Below are positions 53,661 to 64,000 of a DNA stretch of 64,000 bases, one piece after another. Under the pieces are notes generated by a model. The model was not told the DNA's origin. It saw nothing but the letters and a program-made list of their open reading frames with translations, and searched no databases. Source of the DNA: Octopus sinensis (lineage: Eukaryota); assembly GCF_006345805.1 (NCBI RefSeq), contig NC_042999.1:142414001-142478000 (forward strand), read 5' to 3'. A program made the position numbers and the translations under genes. Every line of letters begins with the position of its first letter. Positions within the stretch are counted from its first letter, which is position 1.

Positions 53661-56382
53661 TATGTCCCATCTGTAATGTAGCTGATATTTTTTGATTTTT
53701 TAGAATACTTAATTTTTCGGTGAGATATTGTGCTTTTTTCTTTTTATGCAAACTATCAAATTTAGTCTGAACATTGGATAAGCAAAGAGAAACACACAAA
53801 CCTACATATCTGCAGTTTCAATTGACTAAATTCCACTCATAAAGTATAAGAAAAGTCCCTTGTCCAAGATGCTTCATAGCGGGTTTCAGCCCAGAACTGC
53901 ATGGTTGTGCAGCAAACTGTGTCTCCATACAGCCAAGACTATACCTATTTACATCAATGTATAAATTTACTAGTGGCAGATTTGAAGTTAAAGTAATTGC
54001 TGTCCTCTTTGAGAAAAATACCAACTACAGAATACAAAGGAAGAGAGGAAGATATGGCAAAGAAAAAGAAGAAAAAAGAAGTAAAAAAAACAACAAAATA
54101 ATGTGATTAAAAAGCTGACCATCCTACTGCCACCCACACAGGTTTCTGAATAAGGCTATAAACCAAAGCCAGCACCTTAGATATTGCTAAACGATGTAAG
54201 ACTATATATGGTAGTAGAAAGAGAGAGAACATGAAAGAAAATATATTCCACAATTTTGCTTTACATGGCATCAAAAGGAAAAGAGAAAAAAAGACAGCAA
54301 AAAAGAAAAAGACAAGAAAAGGGATAAAAAGTATGTCCAAGGTATTGATACCTCAGTTTCTCAGAACTGACCAGAAATTGACTTTAACATAAACAGAGAA
54401 GTATTGATGACCAGATCATAGATATACAAGAAAAGACTTTGATCCCTAATAATATATATTATTATTACAAAATAATAAGAAAGTAAAAGTGACCATAGCT
54501 GTGTAAGTATGGTTTTAATGGATATAATGAACCCAGTAGCATGGTAAAATTGGATTACATTCACAAAATAATACATACACACATGCATGTGCATATGCAC
54601 ATATGCACTAACATACACAATGAAGTGAGATTGTCAGTGGTTAATTGGAGACAACATGCAAAACTGAATCTAATGAATATGCCAGTGTAGGTGTATTTTT
54701 AATGGCTACAATGACTCTACCATGTGTATAAAACTCTACCAGGTTTTATACACATACATACAAACAAATACATACACATGCAGTGAGAGAGAAAGACAAA
54801 TATGTGTGTATGTACTCAAACACACACATATGTAACTGAAAAAGATTAAGCACAACTGATGAGAATGTGTAACAGAAGTGAAAAATGAATTTAAAAATGC
54901 ATGACATCAGCTGTTCCTCTTGGAATTTTCATGGCTTCAATGCCTTAGGCTATCTAATGCATCGAAACTACCAACATTCTAGAGAGACAGCTGATGAGGG
55001 TTAGTTTTTTCATTTATTCTATCTGTTGTATTTATGCCTAATTATCATCCTCATTATTTCTGCTTAATTTTTTCTATTATCTTCTTTTGGATATCTTTTA
55101 ACCACTGGTGTACAAAGCCTCATTGTATTGCCTGTCAATACATGTATATATGTGTATGTGTGTGTATGTGTGTGTGTGTGTGTGTGGTGTGTGTGTGTGT
55201 GTGCACATACATATCTATCTAAACACGCACACACACACATATCATATATACACGTGTTTGTAAGTATGTGTGTTTGTGTGTGTATGTTTTAGAAATGTAA
55301 ATGTTCAGTGTATGCTTTTCTCTATGATCCTCCCTGTTATGTTAATTGTACACCTCCCTCCTTCTCCATTTCTCCTTCCTTTATTCACCTATACAGTCTT
55401 TTCTTCCATTTTCTCTTTTCTCTAATTGATTTTCTTTATTACTATCTAACTTTACCACCTCAGTGATGTAACTGACACACATTCTCCTCCCTGTTCTGTT
55501 TATTTGTGTATAACTCTGAAAATAGGCAAACATCTCCAGGAAATGACAAAATTGTCCCCTATTACTATCTATATTAATTCATGAAATTGCATTTTCGGAT
55601 GATTAATCTAGGATGAATATAGTAAACTGTAGATGTAAATAGAAAAGATAGTGTATGTTTTTTTTTTACCAAATGAGGCAATATAGGATGTTTATTCAAT
55701 ATCATTTTCTATAACACACCTGGGAAACCTTGTGTATTTTAAAAGGTGTGTTAAGGAACTTAATGAATCAAGATAAAAAAAAAATCTCCAAGCAGGTACT
55801 GGTGTGGCTGTATAAGAAGCTTGCTTCTCAACCACATGGTTCTGGGGTCAGTCCCACTGCATGGTACCTAGGGCAAGTGTTTTCTACTATAGCCTCAGGC
55901 CAATGAAAGCTTTGTGAGTGGATTTGATAAATGGAAACTGAAAGAAGCCTATCATATATATGTATATATACCTATGTATATGTGTTTTTGTGTCTGTGTT
56001 TGTCCCCACCATCACCACCACTTGACAACTATTATTGGTGTGTTTGTGTCCCCGTAGCTCAACGCCTCAGCAAAAGAGACCAATAGAATAAGTACCAGGC
56101 TTAAAAAGAGGTACTGGGGTCAAGGTGGTGCCCCAGCATGGCTTCAGTGTAATGGCTGAAACAAGTAAAAGATAAAAGGTATAGGGGATAAAAATGGACA
56201 TTTTAAAGTATAGTTTTAGTGGAGGTGTGTGCATGGCTACTTAGTAAAGAAGTTTGCTCCAAGCCATATGGTTTTGGGTTCAATCCACTGCATGATATCT
56301 TGGACAAATGTCTTGTACTATAGCCCTGGGCCAATTAAGCCTTGTGAGTCAGTATGGTAGACAGAAACAGAAATAAGCATGT

Positions 56383-56444
<62 letters not shown>

Positions 56445-56811
56445 AATGTGTGTGCATGTGCGTGCGCATGTGTGTGTCTGTCCCTCCTTATCATGTGATA
56501 TTTGTTCTGCCAAGGTTGACTTTGACTTTCATCCTTTCAGAGTTGATAAATTAAGTACCACGTGCATACTGGGGTCGATATAATCAACTGGCCCCCTCCC
56601 CCAAAATTTCAGGCATTGTGCCTATAGTAGAAAGGATTATGTGATATTTGTAAATGAGTCTCACTGTCACACAAACAGTGTCATGTGTTTTCATTCCACG
56701 AAACATATTCATTCATGGGAAAATAGTACCTTGCTTGAAAATAGGTGGAAGTTGACAATGGGAAGGGTAAGCATGGAAAAGTAGACATTAAAATAATAAT
56801 GATGATTAGGC

Positions 56812-58496
56812 TGATGAGATTCATTGATTTTTGTTAAATATATATATTTAAGTTGATTATTTGTATTCCAAAATGTAATTACAACAGGAAGCAAGGACTG
56901 AAAAAACCACACATGAAATTCCAGGTATTGTGGAAAACAGTGATGAATTAAATTTACTTTGATATCAGTGATATCAAATATACATCAGTTCACAATTATT
57001 TATGACTTCTTCTGAATTGATGTAGTAGTGGTCAATGTGTATTTATATTTTATTTGCTATGGTTTATATGACATATAATTAAGTGTTTACTGTGAAGTAT
57101 AATTAGCTATATATTAAGTCTATTTACTTTGAAGATTCCACTTTGAATGGTTCGGTATATTTAAAAATGTATTGAAGATATCATCATCATCATTTAGTGT
57201 CCGTTGTTCATGCTGGCATGGGTTGGACGGTTTGACTTGGCTGGCATGCTGGAAGGCTTGCGCCAAAATCCAGTCTGATTTGGCATGATTTTCTATTGCT
57301 GGATGCCCTTCCTAACACCAGCTGCTCTGAGAGTGTAATGGGTGCTTTTATGTGCCACTGGCTCGGATGCCATTTACATGACATCTGTGTCTGCTACGAC
57401 TGTGATTTTGCTTAGCTTGATGGGTCTTCTTCTCAAGCACGACATAATGCTAAAAGTCTTGGTTATTGCCTCCGTGAGGCCCGACACTCGAAAGGAACTC
57501 AGCTATCTAGCCTCCATGAGGTCTGTTCGAAAGGAACTCAGCCACCTTGCCTCCATGTGGCTCTGGAGCTTGGCCCCTTTGCCTCCATGAGGTTCAATGC
57601 TCAAAAGGAACTCAGCTAACTTGCCTCCTTGAGGCCCGCTTGAAAGGAACTCAACCACCTTGCCTCCATGAGGCCTAACACTTGAAAGGAACTTAGCCAC
57701 TTTGCTTCCATGAGGCCCAATGTATAACAAAATAAATGCTTGATAAATTATACTATTTGATAATGGTTTCAGGAAGAAACAATCATGTTTTTCTGATGCT
57801 TTCCTCTTCTGAAGTCCTTCAATCACAGTCTTAAGGCTGTTACCATTGATTCTTTTAACCACTTACATCATAGTTGAAGTCTTTTTCCTCATTCCTGATT
57901 TTTCTCCAGAATAAATATTTATCTCCTAAAGAATGAGCCTCTATAACATTTATTGATTTTCCCCTCATACCCCTGTAAGTTGTTGATTGGTTTAAATTAA
58001 ATTTCTAGTTAATTAGTTTTCTTTCAGAAACTCTCTTGTGATGCAAGACTTTTTCATTGACATCATTTAACTCTAGCTGAAGGAGGAACTAATCTCACCT
58101 CTTTTTCTATCTTGAAACATTGTTTCCAGTTTATTTTTCACTGTTTGTTAAAGAGGAGTGTTACTTGTTTGCTTGCATAATATATATATGTATGTCTATA
58201 AATTTACAGAAAGTTTGTGTGTGTGTGAGAGAGAGAACAGAAATGAAAAAATAAATAGAAAAGCCTATAATGTACAATCATTGATGTGAAGTGGAGGGGA
58301 TAAGGAAGAGAAGTGTGTCAGAGAAAGAAAGGTGTATGTACTATGGGGGAAGTTAGAGGTAGATAAATAGAGTTGATGAAATGTTCGAACATTTAATTAA
58401 GATGTAGATTAGAATTTCGTTTCACATTTATCTTCATTTGTAGAATGACTATTAGGCTTGGATATATGTATGCATGCATGTATGTGTGTGTGTGTC

Positions 58497-58567
<71 letters not shown>

Positions 58568-59303
58568 ATGCGTGTGTGCATGCATGCATGTATGTATGTC
58601 TGTATAGGTAAAGTTCCATTATATCAGTATAGCAAGTTTTTCTATAAAACCAATTTTTTTCAGTTCATGATCATTATACTGTTGAAACAAAATTAAAAGA
58701 ATCTAATTATAAGAAAATCTATTAAAACCAACATTCCAGGACATTTCAGCAAACTTCTTAACCACACAACCAACCAAGCCTCTGTCGGTGTGAAACATTA
58801 ACTTTCAGCAGCAATATTTCTAAATAATGAACCAAAAAGCAACAGGAAAACAATATTTGACTATAAAAAATCAATAGTTTCAGAAACCAATACTTAATTA
58901 TATAATTTATCAAGTGTTCTGTTATATTTTGAAAAATTGTTATCTGCAATACATTTTAAAATATACCACACTATTCAAAGTAGAATCTTCAAAGTAAATA
59001 GACTTAATATATATCTAATTATACTTCACAGTAAACACTTAATTATATGTCATATAAACCATAGCAAATAAAATATAAATACGCATTGACCACTACTACA
59101 TCAATTCAGAAGAAGTCATAAATAATTGTGAACTGATGTATATTCGATATCACTGATACAAGTAAACTTAATTTATCACTGTTTTCCACAATACCTGGAA
59201 TTTCATGTGTGGTTTTTTCAGTCCTTGCTTCCTGTTGTAATTACATTTTGGAATAGAAATAATCAACTTGAATATATTTAACAAAAATCAATGAATCTCA
59301 TCA
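56812..59303. repeat. Second long inverted repeat in the Syt intron: arms 56812-57180 and 58941-59303
   Basis: For example ggaagcaaggactgaaaaaaccacacatgaaattccaggtattgtggaaaacagtgat (about 56887) is the reverse complement of atcactgttttccacaatacctggaatttcatgtgtggttttttcagtccttgcttcc (about 59175). Confidence 0.9.
57468..57720 (+). repeat. Minisatellite, about 7 units of about 31-42 bp (gcctccatgaggcc..cttgaaaggaactcagccactt)
   Basis: Direct tandem repeats appended to a family C element. Confidence 0.85.
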
Positions 59304-60047
59304 TCATAGTCATGATTATTGCTTTAATGCCTACTTTTCCATGCTTACATGAATTAGACAGAATTTGTTGAGACAGATTATTCTGAGGGGATACCCTTTG
59401 CATTGACAACCCCCACTTATTTTCAAGCAAGGTAATAGTTTCCCATGACCAAATATCACTTACAAAGGAGTAAGCAGTCAAACCATTCAACCCATGCCAG
59501 CATGGAAAGCAGACGTTAAATGATGATGATGATGATGATATATATATCATGATGATTATGATGATGGTCATTATTAACCCTTTCATTACTGTGTTTATTT
59601 TGAGATGCTCTGTGTTTCTTTCAATTACTTTAAATATAACAAAGAATTTAGTAAAATAACTTAGTTATCAATAAGCTAGTGTTAAGAACGTAAATTGTGA
59701 CTAAGGTTTGATAGAAGATTTTAATTCAAAACTTATGGAAACAAGACATTTGTACTCAGAGCCAGAGCCAGTTTCAGCCGGCTTGGTAACAAAAGGGGTT
59801 AAACTTGTTTTCCACTGGCATAGGTTAGACAGTTTGACCAGGGTTGGCAAGCTGGAAGGCTGCACCAGATTCTAGTCTGTTTTAGCATGGTTTCTGTGGT
59901 TGGATGCCCTTCCTAATGCCAACCACTTTACACAGTGTACTAAGTGCCTTTTCACAGCACAAATATGGGTGCTTTTATGTGAAACCAGCACAGGTGCTTT
60001 TTATGTGGCAACAACACCCACATGCCTGCAGGATTAGGAATGCTCAG

Positions 60048-60085
<38 letters not shown>

Positions 60086-60159
60086 TGTATATATACATAG
60101 ATATGTGTGTGAGTAAGTGTCAGAGGGGTGGAATAAAAGAATGAAAAATCTTTAAAAAC

Positions 60160-60280
60160 CTGAGGAGCCAGTGATATCCATTGCTTTCAAGTTCCGTGCC
60201 TTGATGATGGTAACTGTGAGGCGTCCAGCTGTGGGTAAGTAGCACAATGACATCATCAGTTCACCCAGATCAGCTTTTTC
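60160..60280 (-). CDS. Syt: Synaptotagmin coding exon (start of C2B domain), Syt3/5/6/9/10-like group
   Basis: Minus strand reads tttatttcag|GAA AAA GCT...GGC TCC TCA G|gtttt, translating [40 protein letters not shown] plus 1 nt (121 bp, phase 0 to 1). This matches the C2B start '[32 protein letters not shown]' of vertebrate Syt3/5/6/9/10. Missed by the ORF track. Confidence 0.95.
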
Positions 60281-60727
60281 CTGAAATAAAGAAGAAACCT
60301 TAAAATTGTGTGTATGTATTGTTCCTCATGTAATCAAATCAACAGCACCAGAACAATAACATGACAGAAAGACTTGGGTTCACAAAATAAAATATGCTAT
60401 ATAGGGTTGTAGAATAACTTCATTCTAGTAAAGTATTTGTATCCTTATCAGGGAAAAAGGAAATGCTAGTAGTTGAAGTAATAGTAATAGTAATGATAAT
60501 TCTTTCTGCTATGGGCACAAGGTCAGAAATTTTGGGTGAGTGGCTTGTCAGTTACATTGATCTCAGTGTTTGACTGGTACTTATTTTATTGCTCCTGAAA
60601 GAATGAAAGGCAAAGTCAACTACAACAGTATTTGAACTCAGAATGTAAAGATATACAAAACACCACTAAGCATTTTTGTCCAGCATGCTAATGATTTTGT
60701 TTGCTCACTAGCCTAATAATAATAATA

Positions 60728-60773
<46 letters not shown>

Positions 60774-60974
60774 TGAATATGCTTCTTTGTCACTTCCATT
60801 ATAGCTTTGAAAAAATAACTTAAAATCGAATTGCACTCTTCAAAACTTACACTAACAATAAGGACAAGATAAAATTACTACCTGCTTTTATAGCAAGTTG
60901 ATGTAGATAGTTTATTCTGTCCCCCTCTGACTTTTAGTTCATGCAATTGAAAAAAATGCATTTTTTATGGGATG

Positions 60975-62720
60975 ACCCAATACATACTATGGAAGATATT
61001 AAAGAATGACCAAGTGACCATATTCAAGGATATGCCATTTCAAACAGGCAAGAATATTAAAGTAAATCATGTTGATATTAATGTCAAAGACTACAAGGGA
61101 AAAGGAAAAAAATGTCTCCTAATTGAGATAACAATTCCAATAAATGATGATATATCTTTGAATGAAATGGAGAAACTAATATAAGAACTGGAAATAGAGA
61201 TATCTAGGATATGTAGATTTAAAGCATAAAACTGCTGTGATAATGATAAAAAGTGATACAGACAAAAATATATAAACAAAATATCCTATATGGATAACAG
61301 AAAATAAATATGACAGAAAATACCACTACATATATATTATGTGGTGCACCCCCAAGTCAATAGTAATTGATTTAAAAAAAATATTGGAATGAAGCAAAAC
61401 GAGGCATGTGCCCAGGGTCCTTGGTTGTGCAGTAAAATAATGTATTAAATTTTACATAAGTGGAATAATAATAATAGTAGACCTCTGACAACAAGCTACT
61501 GTCTGCTCTCACAGAATCAACCAGAGCAAACAGGATTGAGTGCTCTGAGAAGTAAAACAATGATAATAATGAAAATAATCCTATAATAATTGATGCATTG
61601 GGAACTGTGACCAAAGATATAGACAAATATTTAATGGAGAATGGAATAGAATGCCCTGTAGGGCTTCTACAGAAGGTTTGCCTCTTAGGGACAGGAAATG
61701 TTATCAGGAGGGTTTTAAGCACTTGAAAGACTATTGAAAGCTTGTGGATATCTAAGGTTACATGTAGTAACCTGTTACACACATAGATTATACAAGGAAT
61801 ATGAATAAACCTAAATAAAATCAATAATAATAATAATTGTTGATCAGACATCAGAAGCCTGACATTGTTGTGGTCAACAACAACAACAACAAAAAAAAAC
61901 TTCTATGACAATCAACATAGCTTGTTCTGGTGACAGCAGTGTCAAAGAGAAAGAAGAAAAAGTGAACAACTATGACAATTTGAAGTGGGAAATATGCAGG
62001 GTGTGGGCAATGAGGAGAGTGGACATGATCCAGTAGTAATTGGCCCTCAACTACTAATGTAGCTCAAAAAGATAGGTACAAATGTAAAGATAGAACATCG
62101 ACAAAAATCATCATTGCTTGGAACTGCAAAGAATTCTTTGCAGGGTTCTTGAAGCATGACCAATAAACAGGTGTCACCTTAATCTGCTGGCTGTGGACAG
62201 CTGACACTTTCCATCATGCCCAGCAAAATAAGCTGAGAGTTTTCAACTAATAATAACAACAACAACAACAACAATAATAATAATAACAATAATAATAATA
62301 ACTGTTTCTAACATAGGCACAAGGTCTAAAATTTGAAGGTGGGGGGATAGTCAGTTAAATTACCCCTAGTATTTGTCTGGTATTTTATTTTATTGAACAT
62401 GAAAGGATACAAGGCAAAGTTGATCTTGGTGGGATAGAACTCAGAGTATAAAGAGCTGGAACAAATATCACTGTGACTAGCCAGAAAGATGAAGAGATTG
62501 TAGAAGACAAAATTGACAATTGTCCCTGTGATAATTAGTGTATTTAGCACTGAAACTGCTTCCTAAGAAGCTGGGGGATATTGGAATTGAGATATGTATC
62601 GTTAACCTGCAGAAACTGTATCTTGTATTCTGCAAAGATTCCAAAGAAATATTCCTGAGGTTGGAGGAGACTTGTCATCAAAACTTAAGAGAATATCTGT
62701 GCTAATTAAATCAGTACGTA
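60975..62720 (+). mobile_element. Cluster of 3' ends of RLE-endonuclease (R4/Dong-like) non-LTR elements
   Basis: VTIFKDMPFQT...HVDINVKD...CLLIEITIP (about 61010-61150); PIIIDALGTVTK...GLLQKVCLLGT (about 61580-61700); PDIVVVN...NYDNLKWEICRVW (about 61858-62010) with KSSLLGTAK; a further decayed piece at about 62480-62700. These resemble the PDIV..D..K.EKY / IGALG / LLGT motifs. Confidence 0.65.
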
Positions 62721-63220
62721 ATAGCTTTTGGCAGGTATGATTAAAAATATGAAAAAAGAAGAAAAAACCCCCAAAACCATGGAAACCATACAAGGACTCA
62801 CAACACTGCCTAAAAAATCTTTGCAAGGAACAGCCACATCCAATGCAAGACACTATCAATTCAATAGAATAGCTCACAATTCAACAGAATAACCCAAATA
62901 ACAATCTTTGTACACAACACACCCTATGAAATAAGCACCAAATGATCTAAAATAACATTACTTACACAATATATGTTATACAAAACTAAGGCCCAGTGAA
63001 ATAACACAGCCTATGCTGCATTTGCCATTCAAAATAGAACATATACTAATATAACAAAAATCTAAACTCCATAACAAAACGGATTGATACAGTACACCAA
63101 CAGGGGGAATCTACACTCCTCCAATTCCCACAAAAAATAAGAACACACCTCAGAAGACATGGAGGTGTAGTAAGTGGTGGTGTAGAAACTCATGTGAAAC
63201 TACCAAGGAAAGAAAGAAAG

Positions 63221-63276
<56 letters not shown>

Positions 63277-63350
63277 TAATAATAATAATAAAAAATAATA
63301 ATAATAATAATAATATATAATAATAATAATAATAATAATATATAATAATA

Positions 63351-63384
<34 letters not shown>

Positions 63385-63385
<1 letters not shown>

Positions 63386-63942
63386 GCCCTGATGCAGTAC
63401 AAGGCAGTGGCTCTCATGGCTTCTGATCTTAACTGATTGGAAGTGTTATCATGTACATTGTTTTGTCTTGGTATAAAAGATGGGCTACAGCAAATATTCT
63501 GCTCAATACCACAGATTTGCTTGTCAGTTGTTTGACTTTAACCAGTTGAGCATGTCCCTTAGTGGCTGACGATATGTGCATCTCTGATCACGAGCAGAAG
63601 TAGTGGGGGAGCATCATAGCCATGTGTTGAGAGGGATTCTTTGGGGTTTGAATAATTCACCTCTGGAAACATGGGTGGTTTTTTTCAACATCCTTAAACA
63701 ACCCTTATTCAGGGACCTTTTGAGCAGGATGGGCTACTCAACCAAAAGAAAATTCTAACTGGGCCCCACCTGCAAGGTCATGTGCTGTTTATCTTTTTAT
63801 GAGATCACCATGTCGCGCACATATGGTTGTGATGCATGTGCCTGGTGTACCCTTATCAGACGGGTAGTCATGATGGGTATATTGGGCTTCGTATATTTTA
63901 CCCCAGTGTCACTTTGATGGCATGAACTGCTCTCTCACTCAA
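63385..63942. mobile_element. About 555-bp non-coding insert embedded in an (AAT)n array
   Basis: Complex sequence with (AAT)n on both sides (63220-63384 and 63942-64000). Family not assigned. Confidence 0.45.
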
Positions 63943-63956
63943 TAATAATAATAATA

Positions 63957-64000
<44 letters not shown>

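Noticed and set aside
57468-57720. CRISPR-like regularly spaced repeats
   Set aside because: Units are contiguous diverged tandem repeats without unique spacers, in a eukaryotic intron with no cas genes.
60283-64000. Upstream synaptotagmin C2A exons
   Set aside because: No C2A-like peptide was found on the minus strand; they must lie beyond the window.

Overview
AT-rich animal genomic DNA, very dense in microsatellites and transposable elements. The SINE families and TA/CA/AAT microsatellite load suggest an octopus or other coleoid cephalopod; this is an inference, not a database result. The only well-supported host gene is the 3' end of a synaptotagmin on the minus strand: three coding exons (60160-60280, 49612-49783, 49277-49511) with canonical GT-AG introns that splice in frame into a C2B domain of the vertebrate Syt3/5/6/9/10-like group. 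The rest is a fossil record of mobile elements: a Tx1/L1-type LINE split by an LTR remnant (4-bp TSD, tRNA-Trp PBS), a head-to-tail non-autonomous Helitron array, CR1, RTE and restriction-like-endonuclease LINE fragments, two Penelope-like element (PLE) lineages, DD37D/maT-like Tc1-mariner relics, a Tigger-like MITE and at least four SINE families. The most interesting signal is eight type I hammerhead-ribozyme-like motifs from four unrelated sequence families (22568, 27462, 29557, 47628, 49956, 50249, 51461, 52621). Most have palindromic stem III (the dimer type known from PLEs), and three lie sense to the synaptotagmin pre-mRNA inside its 10.4-kb intron, which also holds two long inverted repeats. 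Nearly all long ORFs in the supplied track are microsatellite artefacts. TE boundaries were read by eye and are approximate unless TSDs or termini are quoted.
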